Part shown: positions 23,901-39,000 of the stretch, piece by piece
Layout: every line of letters begins with the position of its first letter
Position numbering within the stretch: the first letter of the stretch is position 1
Source of the DNA: Bugula neritina
Taxonomy: Eukaryota > Animalia > Bryozoa
Reading direction: 5' to 3'
DNA length: 64,000 bases
Assembly: GCA_964035545.1 (NCBI GenBank)
Contig: OZ037767.1
Coordinates: 2,119,680 to 2,183,679 of the forward strand
Program-made: the position numbers and the translations under genes
The notes under the pieces: model-generated
Told to the model about the DNA's origin: nothing
Seen by the model: only the letters and a program-made list of their open reading frames with translations
The model's database searches: none

Positions 23901-24298
23901 ACCTTAGTTTTCTGCTCATATAAATAAATTGAATTAAAATGTAAAAATCATTAGCTAAACAGCTAAAATAGGGTATGCTAGCTTTTGGAATAAAATTGAA
24001 CTTGCTTTTCAACATGATTATTTTCATTAGTTGTAATAAAGTAACTTCTATTACTTACTATAATTAATCCAACACATCAGAATGAAAAGCTGAATTCAAT
24101 TTACATTATGCAAAGTATTCCAAAAGTCTGTCAGTTTATTCATCTTACTAGCAATCGTTCTTGACCCCAAGCATGAAACAAATCCCAGTTTTGGGTCTGT
24201 TTGAAAAATCGGTGTTCTTTCCTATAGTAGCTATCAAAACGACGGTGATCAGCATAGTAGGAGAGTGGAAATGGGGGCAAATAATAAGATGAATCCAT
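14958..24298 (-). CDS. TAF1C: TAF1C-like (TATA-binding protein-associated factor, RNA polymerase I subunit C; SL1 complex)
   Basis: Minus-strand exons: 24298-24149, 23649-23500, 23096-22940, 22306-22218, 21603-21458, 21042-20904, 20288-20173, 18938-18719, 18610-18387, 17926-17752, 17232-17088, 16930-16786, 16489-16325, 16232-16153, 15919-15790, 15491-15314, 15101-14958 (TAG), phases consistent. Motifs resembling TAF1C: YIGGCL, ACMNPYYPE, VHYGCHPQ...LYDTR, IDERYP, RLNAGLLGL, TGKGDLFQQ, and a basic C-terminus ending RKGF* (vertebrate TAF1C ends RMGF*). Gene model is well supported; family assignment is from divergent motifs. Confidence 0.8.
19254..20016. mobile_element. Non-autonomous DNA transposon (MITE), 763 bp, in a TAF1C intron
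   Basis: 38-bp TIR CACC(G/A)GCTTTCCATGGA(C/T)CGATCTCAGCGAGAT(A/C)GATC with 3 mismatches; AAT directly flanks both ends (19251-19253, 20017-20019); subterminal repeats of TTTCCATG and AGATCGAT. Confidence 0.88.
20513..20930 (-). repeat. Donor-spanning tandem repeat, 37-bp unit x~11
   Basis: Minus-strand unit CAGCTGTCATTGTGTCACAG|GTACTTGCATAGTAATA; the exon-proximal copy is the true donor (exon ends at 20904). Confidence 0.95.
21072..21129. repeat. 26-bp tandem duplication near a TAF1C acceptor
   Basis: CATACTGATACGTCACATGTTACAAA x2 plus a partial copy. Confidence 0.85.
21813..22156. mobile_element. PIF/Harbinger (Tourist-like) MITE, 344 bp, in a TAF1C intron
   Basis: Perfect 70-bp terminal inverted repeats (21813-21882 / 22087-22156, starting GCCTAGGGCCACACGGTGCG) flanked by TTA at 21810-21812 and 22157-22159; no ORF. 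Confidence 0.9.
22480..22900. repeat. Degenerate AT-rich minisatellite (CATATATTACA-like)
   Basis: Recurrent (GT)CATATATTACA units through the intron. Confidence 0.75.
23096..23268 (-). repeat. Acceptor-spanning tandem repeat, 27-bp unit x~6.5
   Basis: Minus-strand unit GATGCTATATGTAATATCATTGTGTAG|G; the last copy is the acceptor before exon 23096-22940. Confidence 0.95.
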
Positions 24299-25234
24299 TT
24301 TAGGTTGTCTAAAAGCAAGAGATGCTTGAACATTACAAAGATAAACCACAATGGAATACTGAGTTTTATAATGTGACAGTATGGCTACTAGTACTACTAC
24401 TAGAGCTAGAAGTTTTGTAAAACTCTACTAAAAGTGAATCTAATAGTAGAAGTAAAACTAAAGTTAAATATTGTAAATAAATAAAACTAATAACTATCAG
24501 ATATGTCAATGTGTAAGGTGTGAAAGTAACTTTGAAGTTGTGTTTAAAAACTACTTAAAGTTAAACTAATATAAATACTAATAGTAATAATAACATTACT
24601 TTTATCAGATTATAGAATAAGATCATCATTTTATGATTTTATTCATTTTTAATATTCTAAAACGGAATGAAAAATCTCGGCATTTTACTTTTAGTTTCCA
24701 ATCACTTTAATTTAAATATTATTAATAATAATATTTATTATAATATTATAAACATTATTATTATAAATTAAAATTAAAATATAATTAATAATAATAATAA
24801 TATAAATATTAAACTCATAAACTGAATAAAGATAAACTCAAACTGTAAAAAAAAATTAAGTGATTCAAACATAAATTAAAATATATAATAAAAAATATTG
24901 CTATTAATATTATAAACCTAAACTTAAAGTTAAAGCATTAAGTTCAACATAAACAACAGTTAAACTTGATGTTTCTGACTACAGAAGGTGACTAATGTCA
25001 TCATTGTCAATATCATTATGATTATGACTTAAAAGTTGAAGATAATTTTATGGTTTTACTTTTACTTTTAGTCTGAAAAAATTGGCACTCATATTAAGTA
25101 GTCGTAATTAAACAAAAGGCTAACTAAATTTTTGCTCGTAAAACCTTTCAGTGGTTTCTGAAACAATTTTTCAAGTGGTAAGCAATTTTAAAGTCCACTT
25201 TTTTATTCAAAACTAAAAGTGACTTAGAACTTCA

Positions 25235-25325
25235 AAAATGAACGGCGCTCTACTCATGTTCTTGAGTGACCCTGACACTAGCAACATTTCGCGTTTATTA
25301 CGTAACGTATAGCCAGCGCACCTCC
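25235..25325 (-). promoter_or_regulatory. Candidate promoter/TSS region of the TAF1C-like gene
   Basis: CpG-enriched patch (CGGCGC, TTTCGCG, TTACGTAACG) about 1 kb upstream of the ATG exon, which begins with an acceptor near 24309. Confidence 0.45.
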
Positions 25326-26463
25326 ACTATAAGTTCATCATAATTATTGTTATAATCACTGAACTGAAACTATAAGTCATAGTTCATTGGTTATAACTAT
25401 AACCATTGAACTGTAACTGAAAATCTTGTGCTATTTTAGGAGTTATCTTTAAGCATCGTACTTAAAAATAAAGTACAGCCCCAGCTGCTATAATACCTCG
25501 CCTAATGTAATGTGCTAAGTTGCCATTCTGTTATTTTATCCTTAACCTAAAGTTTCACATTCACCACAACACGTGCAGTTAGCATAATCACAATAATATT
25601 TTCTGGACTTCATATAAAATATGGCCAAACCTAAGTTGTGATATGAAACTTTATTGTTCTCACAAAATGCATCAATGAATTACATCAGCTATAGTGGCAA
25701 TGATGTCTTTTCTTAGAAAATCACACTTGCATACATGTAGCAGAGGCTTTTACATAAAATGACTTCCGAGAAGCTGTAGGCCATAGTCCTATTGTATAAC
25801 TAAGTCCTATTAATAACTAATGTATATATTGAAAAAATCAGCCATTCATGTCCGCATCAATTTCAAAAACAAGCACATTTCTCCACTAGACTTACTCTAA
25901 ACACACTTTAAAAAGTGTCATGTACACATTTCACTATTTCTATTGAATAAACAAGCTTCTACCTGCAAGAAAAAGCTTAAGTCAAAAATGTCACTTTCCC
26001 AAAATGTTTTTATCACAATTCAATTTTTATGACTGTCAATTTTTGTAAAACCTGTGATGTTCACAAACAAGTCTGTATATGGATAGGCCTTTTTATGAGT
26101 CTAGTCACTCTAGAGCTCATGCACTGTGTAGCCTGAGAACTTCAACTTCTTGAAGAAATTTGAGAGGTCTTCAGTCTACACTTCCTGACTTCCTTCCTAT
26201 TGGCTTAGCTTTAGCTGACACTTAGTTTATATGAAATGCAGTCACTGAAGGCATAACTACTCTGGTTACAGAAATGTCAGTATGTTATTAGAAAGTATTA
26301 TGTTATATTTAGACAATCCCAGGCTAGAGCTGTAGTCTGCCTGTTGGCTGTAAGTGGTCTATGAGTTCTATACATTTTCCCCATCAAATTTAGGGTATTA
26401 TGCAGACTAGGATCACATATACACATCATATAGAGTTATCCTTACATGCACCGGTAGGTGTGT

Positions 26464-26837
<374 letters not shown>

Positions 26838-29819
26838 TTGCACATAAAACCCATTAAAACAATTTATCAAATACATTTTATTTTAAGAATTGGATGTATG
26901 TTTTTCTGAAATTCAATAAAAAGCATATACATTTTAAGCCTAAATTTAAACTACTGCAATGGAAAAAGTGTCTATATTTACATTCTCACTGAATAAAGTT
27001 ATATGTTGTACAAGTATAGCTTTTCTTCTCCCACTTCCAGGAAGTCTAGAGTCCATTGATTTAAATTATTTACACAGATTGCTAAGTACATATTAACTTA
27101 GTGTTAGATAGGAAAGTAGAGCGTTGACATAATATTTACGAAGTTCAATACATTGTAATCTATGCCAATAATTTCTACATCACATCACAGTATCATTACA
27201 ACATATTATAACCGATATATTATTTTAATATTTTGTCTATAATTGCAAGTTTATGAATGAGCATCTTTCCTTACGGTTACAAAATTCTAAAGCATTTCAA
27301 ATAGCAATGAGCCGAGGTGTATTTACTTCATACTTATTATATGTATTTCTAAGCGACCTGAATGCAGTATTGCACATAATCATATTACAAACTAGAAGTT
27401 CCAGTTCTACCAGCATAGAAACTGATACATGATGTTTTAATGAGGGTAGTGATTCACTAACTTCTTGACCCTTTAGACTCTCTTATGGTCTACCATTAGA
27501 TTCTGCTAATGCTGCACTATTATAACATATAAACCAAATTCTTTCCACCCTATTCCTTGTAGAAAAACACTTTGAATGTAAACTGCGTGATAATGAGTCA
27601 TTAAAAGCCACCAGCTTTTTGCCTTATGATAGGTGCATGCAATGAGCTTTTCGCTCTTCTTAATACAAATTATGCGTTTAAATATTCTATACCATCTTTT
27701 AGGTGCTCCATTTTAACTGTTCAAATAAAAAAGTGTCCACGTTGTTTCATTAAAATATGGAATTAAAATGTTTATTTCAAAATTAAAACTATATTTAATT
27801 AAAATAGTGCCTATGACGAAAAGTTGTTTACATATTTTACAGAAAATAAAAACAATAAGGAAGGAGATTATAATAGTTCAAAAGAGAGCTATTAAAACAA
27901 TTTAAGCTTGTTATTGAGGCTACTTGCTAAAATATTACTAACAAAAGAATTTGCTAGATTGTTTGGGTTAATCACAATATTTCAAGTGCCTCAGAAATCC
28001 CATAACTGAAGAAAAAGTAACAACAACCATAATATTATTATAATATACTGATTGTAGAATCATTAATTTTTATTAGCGAAACGTTTGCAAGCGTTGAAGA
28101 GGGGGCATGAAAAGCTGTCACTTAAGGTAGAGTGGTGGCAGTAATACCCATTCAATGCAGCCATTTATGCTGTTGATGTCACTTGGTATTTGCCCAGTAA
28201 TCCATGACAGTTTACTAAACTTGATATAATAGGTTTGTTTTAATATTCCGTGAAATACAAGCACTTACATTTGTTGACAAGCTCATATAACATTTGATCA
28301 CGTAGAATATTATATTGTGTATTACAACATATCATTACTGTATTGATTGCATAGCATTTCAATAGACATTTTAGTATGTAATTTAGACTAGACTACACGT
28401 CAAGCTTTCACTTGCAATGAGTTGAAACATATTATTATGACAATTCACTGGGACTTTATAAGGTATAAAGTTTTAATTTTATTTAAAGTTGATATATATT
28501 TGTTACTAAATATAGTTCTGTGGTGATTTACTTTAGCCTAAGTTTTTGAAACTATGCTTAATAAAGGAGTTTGAGGCTTAGTGAAAATGGTGTTGCTTTC
28601 AGATGCATATGAGAGCTAACATTTTTATTCTGTAATACGTAACATACTGCACATTTCAGTTTAGTTTATTTCCTATAGATACAAATCTTATAGCTGCTTT
28701 TAGGTTGAAATTGTTTTATCCCTTATATTTACTTGCATACTAGCTAAAACTGAAATTGAATAATAATTTTACATCAACCTTCTTTCAGGAATTTTATTCA
28801 GTAACTTTTGCCTATTCATTTCATAGACAGTAGTTCTTGCATGTTGGTTTTTCTTAGTTTTGTTGTCTATTTATTTCATAGTGACTATATTCATTGTAAA
28901 GTTTAATACGTTTATAAACTTTTTCAAATGCATATTCAATGACAGTTAAAGATCAGGGAATCAACTATAATACAAACAAGTTTTACTCAGTAGAAAGTCT
29001 ATATAAGTTATCACTAAACTCAACATACACTGTTTTATTAGTATTATAATTTTACATCAATTGCAATGCAATATGATTATACAAAATGTAGTCTCATACA
29101 AATTGACTGTAGCTTTACCAAGAGGAGTGTAACATGCTGGGGCACATGCTTTTGCTAGCTCAACCTGCCATCAATAAAAATAGTTCAGCTAATTTCTAAT
29201 ATTTCTACAATCCTGTACCAGTTTTGTGTAATAAATAAAATTATAGCCTAGGCCCCATTCAATTATATTTAATATTAGGGTGTCTAAACTGCACATCCTT
29301 ACAACTGAAGTTCACAGCTAAAGGAACTGCACAGCTATTTGAGTTCACACATGTTAGTAATATATAAGCTAATTCACTTTCTCTACACTTGTCAATCAAT
29401 GAATCCTTCGCCACTCGCACATGTTAACAAGCTAATAAAAGATGCCTCTACATTCAGCTTGGAGCTATGAAATTAATCAGTTAATTTTTGTCAGCTCATG
29501 ATAATTGGTGCACTAACTATTTGCAGTGGCAGCAAGAAAGGCAGCAACGTTTTGTGGTTTGGCTAGAAAGGCAGCATTTTGGACTATATACTAACTTATG
29601 GTAAGTTGACATAATTATAATTATGATATTTGTAAACAGCATGGATTATCTGTAGAATGTGTTACCAGTAGTAGTAGAGAATCTTTTGATAGCATAGTGA
29701 GGTAGATATTAACTTTGCGTTGACATTGTCCACATATCTTGAGCATTTCTTTACTGGTACAGCAATTATTCCCGGTAGTATTGAGAGACCAGTCCATGCC
29801 GTGGGTGTCGTGAACTACA

Positions 29820-29971
<152 letters not shown>

Positions 29972-32804
29972 TGAATATGATGAGCAGTTTTAAAATACAG
30001 TTTAGTTTTATCTTGCAACTAAGATGAACCAAAATTGTATTATTGCTCACAATGATGTTTCTATAGGGTATACATAGGTATGATTTTCACTAACTCTGTA
30101 CTTGTTATTAAAACGGTTCTTTGGCCACAAACAAGATGTATAAAGTAGGAAAGACAATTCTACATTGTGTTTTTCCACTATGCTCGAGCAGCTTTGCACA
30201 TATGCTTGTTGAATAAATATATTTGGTGAACTTAGGTCACATGATCAGCATTTTTAAAACGTTTAGACTTGTCTGCCCATTAAAGAAGTTGTGCTCTCAT
30301 TAAATGACAGTTGAAGGTAGGAAATTGTATCCTCAGCAAGCAAATAGTGTGATTGTTGTTATTAAATCCATACAAGCATCTCAGGTTATACAATGTAGTG
30401 TAGGAGCCGGAAGCTAGCCTTTAGCCTTGAACCCTCATACCAGAGTTTGCTAGCTGCTAGGGGGCGTCCTTGAACAACCTTTCTATAAGTGTTCAATATA
30501 TGCTGGAAGAACTCAAATGACACAATAATTAAAATAAAAACTGACATAAGGGTTTTCACCATCTATTTTCTGTTTGCATTAACATTATGAAAACAATTTG
30601 GTACTGATTTATGCAAATGTCTGATTATTTAGTAATGCGTCTCAAAGAGATTATATAACTTTTGCTGCCTACTTTTACAGTTTGCATAAGAACTTCTATA
30701 ATCAATAATATTACTATCATAATACCTAAACATGCAGCGAAACGAATGGTTTTTGCTACAGTTGCTGATACAATATATATATATATAATAAGTAAAGTAT
30801 ATTACTTGAGTTATAACATGTTATACATATAAGTCACAGCCCTCTATTTGCACTTGAATTTTCATTAACTTTGCAAGTTCTATGAAACACATTATGAATT
30901 ACAAAGAGTAATGCCACTTAGAAAGTGTCATGTCTGTATAAAAACACCGTCTAGAGGGCCAATTACGAACTGCTGATAGAAAGGTTTACTAAAATATGCT
31001 GCAGTCACAGAGAAATAAAGTGACATGAAATTTTAATGCACAAACTTAAACTTAAACTTAAACCAATAGTTCTTCATTTTTTATAAAATATTCAAGTTGT
31101 CAATTAGAAAGCAATATCCTTTATTTTCCTGAAATAATAAGTCAGTCAGTCAGTTTTACTACAAGAAGTTATATTAAATCTGGCAGTTAGTATACATTAC
31201 AGTAGCTTTTTTGCTCACTATTTTTCTTAAAATGAGTCATTAAAAAGATTAATAACAAACCTCTTAGAAGTGAGGGGTCACTGCCCTAAATTCAGTGCAT
31301 ACACAGTTTAACCAGCCATAGATAGTTGTTACACAGCCAGTATAATTGCCAGCTAGTAGAGGATTCTGTTTGATATGATGTGAAACTAACATGCACTTGA
31401 TAAATTTCATTGAATACCTGCATAAATGCCTTAGACAGTGTGACTTTTTCAGTTTGAGCTGTGACTCATTCAAGTATAACAATCGAGACTAACACAGATA
31501 TAATACCATAAAAACACATATGTAAATTTTCTTAGGGTTTTTAATTTAATTCCATGTCTTCAAAATTGTTTATATATAAAAATTAGTCTAACATTTTTCT
31601 GTTTAACATTAGCTGAAGCTTACTTGCTGCTTAACTAGCTGTATGTGGTGCCTAAACATTATTTTGAACTTTTATCAAAGTTTTATTGTGGATTTCACTG
31701 AAAACAAATTTTGGCTAAAGAAGCAGATGCAGTACTTATAAAAAAAGTTTTAGAAATTATCTCCACCTACTCCTAGAAATATCTCTCTCAAGGCCTCTCT
31801 TTGCATTACATGAAAGGAGGTTAGTTTCAGAAACTCATCGTCTTGTCTATAGAAATATGCAATGTTTTAGTTAGCTTAGGTTCTCAGTGATATTTGTATG
31901 GAGGTTGGGCTAAAGAACAATCTCCAACTGTGCCAATAATGCTTTTTATATCTGCATCTTTTTAAATGGCAAAGCGGTGATAAAAATGTTGATTTTTGGG
32001 GCATTGGGGCCCAAGTCCTTTAGTGCAAGAAGATGTGTGAAGCACTTAAGGGTCTGAAGTTTATCATAACTGACTAGCGCATTGCTGCAATCAAATCGAA
32101 TTTATTATGTTAATCTCTTCAACAAATACTATAATCCAGGCAATTATTTACACTCATTCATACATCATACTAGCAAAAGTTTCAGCCACGATGCCTTTAT
32201 CATAACTGCTGCTTTAATGTTTAAAATATTTTGTAACTTGTCTGTCTCATGTACCTTTTCTGTACTTTGAGATTGAATGCTTCCTACTAACAGATCATTT
32301 AGTACGATGTTCATTTTAAAAATACAAATCCCTAAAGATGGAGAATTGTTTAACCTTAAGCAATTAAGCAGTTGTCTTTCCATAAAGGGTAATTTGCTCA
32401 ATTGTGATAATCTATGTTTTTTTATTGTCTTGACCAGTTTTAGTTTGGAGTACAAGTTAAAATTCTCATAACAACATAACTTGGTTTGCTGCATTTCTTG
32501 TTTAGGATAAAGCTTAATTTTTCAGCACCTCTAATACTGTAACTACGGCTTTTTTATGCTTAACAAATTTAATCTCAAATTTTTCAATAATATACAAAGT
32601 TTTATATTTTTCTTAAAGTTTTAGAAATTGCTTGAAATTTAAAGAAATAAATATAAAACCTTTACCAAAAATTCTACTTAGGCAGAATTTTTATTTTTAA
32701 AAGCTGATACTAATATACTTCTGTTGAATTTATCTAACACATTATCTAGTTGTATAATATTGTACTACATTAAATAGTTTACAAAAATTAGAGGGTGTAA
32801 AACT

Positions 32805-33025
32805 ATGTATTATATACCATGTATTATATGTTGTATATGTTATATACTATGTGTTATATATTATATTCTATATACTATATATTATATACCACGTATTATA
32901 TACCATGTACTACATATTATATCTAATATATGCTTTCTCTTATATACTATATATTATAGTATATTATATAATATGCACTAGGTATTATATACCAGATCTG
33001 GTATATATACTACATGTATCATGTA
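32805..33025. repeat. Low-complexity TATATTATA-like repeat
   Basis: Degenerate 7-8-bp AT units. Confidence 0.7.
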
Positions 33026-36000
33026 CCAAGTTAAATAATTTTGCAGTACTAACAGCACAGTATCTATTTGGATTTATTTTGTTTTGCGTAAGAAGATGAC
33101 TTTTGACTACTTAAACTCATTGTTAGGTTTTACTGGAGCAGACAGCCCTGTTATCACGGTAATCATTATATTTAATTATTTAATACGTAACTCTCAGCTC
33201 TGCAAATCTATAATGAATTATAATGATTTATATTTCATAACTGCAGTCATCTAACAGATAGTCTAGAAATGAAGCTTATTTATTGATAAATAAGCCTCAT
33301 CTTTTCAACACGAAGAATCAAGGGTGGGTATCCCCTTGTCCAACAGTTTGAGTGATGAGATTCTGTAGATTGAAGGCTAGTGTTACAGTATTTAGCAGAT
33401 TGTAGAACAAGTGTATATATAGCAAGCTGAAGTACCTGTACTATCCATTGTATAGGAATGTACTGGCTGTTTACATTCAGATAAATGTTAACTTAAATAC
33501 TGCAAAGCTGCAAGCTGCATTATTCCTCAGCCTGAAATTCAGTCTCTAACTCCATTGTATGCAGGTGAGTAAAAAAATTAAATTACTTAGACAGCTTTTT
33601 GCAATTTCTCTAATGTTTAAAAAGTAACTATTTCCTAAAATAAATCAAACAGGCATTAAACTAATTTTGTAGATATCAAATAATTTTAAATAAAAATTAC
33701 TTTGCTTGCAACAAAGTTTTAAATTTTATGAAATAAAACCCGTATGGCTATGTGTAGCAAAATAATATAAAATTATGTAATGTAGTAATAATTTAATGAA
33801 ATATAAATAATTAGTTGTTATATTTATGGTAGCTGAAAAGGCCTAACTTTGTTGTCTCTATATATTATTTTGCTGGACAGCTTTTTGGTACAGTACACAA
33901 ACTTGAATGTAAGAGAAAAATTAATTAGATATTTTTATAATTTCCTAAACTATTTTCCAGATCTATAGCCTATGTATGTTTTTGAATGTATTGTTATATT
34001 TCACTGATAGTTGATATAATATTTGTATATTATTAGAAACTTAAGATTGTACTGCAGAAATTTTGAAAGTTGTCCTTAGCTTACAGCAACGTACTCACAG
34101 AGAGAAACTTTAGAAAATTTCAGTTCATTTTCCTCTTAGTAAAGTCATAGACACCTCAAATTATTATAAATGTCACTTAAAACTGGTGATCATAATAGGC
34201 TTGGCAGGTAAACCTAGCTTGTTCTTACTTGACCATGAAATATTGCATATCATATTGATATACTATAATATATTCTTTTAATGTGGATGGCTCAAAGGTG
34301 GTCAACTTAGAATCTACACTATTATCATACAAGTTAAAGATAAACGAATCATTATCTGGAGGGTTAAGCTTGTCTTATGTACCTTTATTGTTGGTTTACA
34401 GTTGCTAAAATCTTTTCTGGGTTATTAGATACCAATAGTCATCCTGCCTTTTACCTGTTATAAGATACATTCAGGTTATAGTTTTGGAATAATTAAATTT
34501 GTTGTGTTCCATCATGGTTTGGTATTCGAATGAACAATTGCTTCTAAGAATTTTGAACCAACAACATTGTAGAAATAGTGTAGAAACAGTGTAGAGCTAA
34601 TGATGGTGTTAGAGAGATGGTATTCAGCTCTGAGCTAAAAATAACACATTTTTATATTTGTATTAAAGGCCAACATATGACTACTGCTTTAATTTAAATT
34701 TACTTGACTTCTCGCCTTTACAATTCATTATAAAGAAAGTAACCCTTGATTTAAAGTTTAGCATTTTTAAAACCAATAGATGTATATAATATATACATCT
34801 ATATTATAGTACAGTATATGATTTTTACAGTTTTAAAAGGCAAAGGTAACCAGTCCTTTATTTCTATATTGTAAGCATGTCTATATGAATATATGGATGA
34901 AAGAGTAAGAAAAAACCATTTTTAAACCTCGTCATAAGAAAATCGCTTTTGTATCAAAAATAAAGCCGTAACTCAAGTAGAAAATTAATTTACTTAGTCA
35001 TAATGACTGATTATGTAATCCTTTCGGTCCAAATACCAGGTACTATAAATCTAATCCTTGTTGTGCCAGGAATAACTTGGCTTAGAGAACTAAGAGGAGT
35101 TTAGTAGCTGCAAGTGCTTGTATTTACCAGCTGAGTGGCTTTTCTGGGTCACTTGAAAGTACTAGAAATGATGCAATCATTCTAGCTGATTAAAGTTTAA
35201 TCTATTCTAATTATTTAATAACCGTGAGAGGAGAGAATCTTAGTTTGGATCAGTGTAGAGCAAGTTTTGTTTTACTTCTACAATGTATTTTAAAATAGAG
35301 CAAAAAATATGCTCTAAAACTCCTTCAAGCAATTTTTTTAATTGTGAAAATGGAGGTTTAAACCTTTTCTAGCCAAATCCATTCATAATTTTCTTTGATT
35401 TCACAGATACTCTTTCATGATTTAATTTCAATTGCTTATTGCATAACAAAGTGACACCTGAAAGCTGTAGCTGCATGGCATAGGAATGTCCTACAAGTAA
35501 TAACTTTAGTATAACGTGTATAATTGTATTACTATAATGTGCTTTGATTTCCTATAATCAACTACATAAATATACCATTGCATAGGTACTTTGCCACAAA
35601 TAGGGAAAAATATCGATATGAAAGGTTTCGAAGAACTGTCTGAACTCAAATTAATAGATTAGATTGACTTGTCCAGGTAAAGCCTTCCAACTTTCATAAT
35701 GAACTTTCAAAGCTTTTAGAAAATTGAAAACTCTGAAATAAATCAGGTGGCTGTCTGGCATAAAATTCAATTATAGACTTTGGACTTCAGCTAGTAGCCT
35801 GTAGATGCCAAAGTAGATTATGTCTAAAAACATAATTTTGTTTCAGTAAACTACAGCCAACAACTTCAGCAGACGTCTAATTGGGAGATAATCTGGTGTA
35901 ACTATTTAGTGTTGAATAAATCCTAAATTAGCAGTCTCATTTAATTAGAAACAAATTTAAAAACACACTTGTAGAAGCTTGAAACTAAAACCTTCAAAAA

Positions 36001-39000
36001 CATTATAAAAATTCTTTTTGTTGACCATCTTGTAAGGCAAATGGCACTTTTATTGTTTTCAAAATTATTCTTTCATTTTATCCTTTTCAAACATTTTGAT
36101 TCTAATAATCTTGAGATCATACCATTACTGGTATTGCAGGTTATTTTTATCAAAATATTTTTGTTGTGTTTGCTGGAAAAATTCCTTTCACTTTTCATTT
36201 TGCCTCATGCTTTTACTTTATCAAAGTCTTAATGTTGTTTAAAAACTAACTAAACTAGTCTTTGGAATTATTAAAAAGTCTACAAGGTTCTTTGACCAAA
36301 TATTTTTTCATAGCTAATATACAATGATCTACAGCGATACATATTTGCTGTGACAGTCATCTATAACAGGGTAACCACATAGCTCAACTATTTTCAATTT
36401 CTAGTAGAATTCACTTGTAACCTCTTTATTCAAAAGAACGCCACATGCTCACCACTTATTGTGAGAAACCTACCAAGCTGTTACTTTCAAGGCCCATTCA
36501 TTTAATACAGTATATTATTAGTTTCTGTAGCCTTACATGTGTTACTGTAGTCTAAAGTTGATATCTTGCAAAGCCATCAAGCAAAATATGAAAAGCTTTC
36601 TGTTAATCATGAAACCGCACACCAGTGGGTTAGTTTTCAATGAATGAAGTAAAATTACATAACATGGTAGAAGATCATTTTATACTTTACTGTAACTTAT
36701 GAGTTAACAAATAAGTATCAGTCAGCTAAAACTATTACTACAAAAAATGTAAGTTGAATTTTGTAATTAAAGATTTGTAGAGGCGATAGCAGAAAAATTT
36801 CAATACCCCAAGTTGTTAAATTTCTACAAAGATTTTGGGTTTGGGCGAGGGTGGGTACCTACCTTTTTGTGGGAGAAGTTGACACATTTGTATAAAGGTG
36901 TCAGTCAACATACAGATTTGTAAAACTCATTAATTTGTATAAAAGTGTGATTTGAAAACATGAGTTTAAGTTTCAACCTGCTATACCAGGTCAACAACTT
37001 CTTGTGCTAAAATATTTTCTTTACTCAATCTTTACGTAAACTACATATTCTACCAAAACATATACTTGAAGTTTGAAAGGCATCACAATGAATATTCTAG
37101 AATCTAGACCGTATTAGTTTCCTAAACAATATTCACTACTGATAGACTACAGTAAAATGTCTTTCTCAGTTCTCATCACCTAACATCACTTATCTTCAAT
37201 GCACTGGAGCATAAACATTGTCTTAGATTATCATGCCTGGCCCCAAAACTCTGTTTGCAGAAACTTTTCTAACTGGATAACTGCTAATTAAGTCAAATAG
37301 CTGCATTTATTGACTTTAAGTAATCCTATTTGTTTGTTATGATTGCTTCTATCTATTCAACTCAAGTGCCCTGCACTCCAGACAAAGTTGCAGTTGTATT
37401 AACATAACGCAGACGTAGATTTTTAGTGCAGATTGTCTTCTGCAGTCAGCGTCAAATATTTGCACTAACACATCGTGTCTGTTTTTATCAGTTGAGCTTT
37501 TATTGTTATTATTCATTGTATTGTTCATTGTCTGCTCAAATCAATAAGTGAAAAGCCTGCACAACAAAAATTGGAACAGAAATGTTGCTCTGTTGAAATT
37601 ATGTCTCCTGATGGGTAGAATAATTTATCAATGACATCTCTTGTCATCACTGTTTTTGTTTTTATCAATGATGTTTCAATTTACTAATGAGCTCTTCGAT
37701 AAATGTTAAGTGATGCATACTTAACTAATAGTAAACAGTTTTTAGCTGTCAACATGATAGTAGTATTCGGTGCATGAATGATCATATAATATGCTACTTG
37801 ATTATTACCAATTTAAGTTTAAAATAACTAATTTATTTTTGCTGATTTAAGAGTTATTAAACTTATTAATCTTTTATCAGAGAATGCAACTTCTAAAATG
37901 ATATTTAATTTTCATTGATTAGTGAAGCCTGTAAGTTATACTTCTGGGAATTGCATAACTAACCTTAATTATTCTATCTGATTAAAAGTTTGGTCTGGGA
38001 AAACAGTTTATGATAAAGAATTATTCTGTATAACTTGTAAAATCTATTTACTTAGAATATATGAAATAATCATCATATAATCAGACTGCACTGCATTGAC
38101 CGAGAAATAGCCTATCTGCATCATCACTATCTTTGTTGGCTTGCTGACTGAGAAATGCTTTAGAGTACAAATTATTAGAGCAAAACACAATAATTACAAT
38201 TCTTTACATGTTTATCTTTTATATAGAATTTATTGAGTACAAAGCTAGTAAATACTAACTAATTTGAAGTTGCTGCTATCTATTACCTGAAAGATAACAT
38301 CAGCTTTGCACGTAACCTTCGCCAGATAACTAGCTTTCCTGCTACTTAATAATGTTTGAGATAATAAAATGGTAGCATCAGTTTATACTCTTTGGTGATC
38401 TATAAAATAGATAACTGCTATAATTATACTCTCCTTGGTGGACTGATTTTATCTTAGAACTTATGTAACAAAGGTAATCGACTATAAAATCCACTTCAAA
38501 GACTGATAAAGTATTATGCAACTTATATGAGAAATAATTTAAATAATAAAGTGATAGAAAGCAGAGCAGTTTACAGGGTGGAGCAGTTTAATCTTTATAG
38601 ATACATGAACTATGAAAGCATCCACAATACATGGGGATGACGAGTAAGTACTACCACTATTAGTTGGTACCAGATGTTATCAAGTTGAGAATTTCTGAAA
38701 TGCTTGCAATTAGTGTCTATTAACTCTACTAACTCAACTTTAATCCAGTCTCTCTCTGCAAACAGATTCAAAAAGCACGAGTGTTAGTGAGCGAGCTACA
38801 AAATTGTCTTTTGAAAATGTTCGGATTTCTTTCTCTAATGAAATTTTGTGTATATATAGCAATAAAAAAGCTTTGCAGCTACAGAAGTTACTAATTAGAG
38901 TTGTTCAGCTTTCTAGCCTTACAAAAAGTGAGGTTTGTTAGCCGGTATTAAATGCAGTTTGTCGCATTAGGTATTATTATAATAATCTGACTGCTAATTA

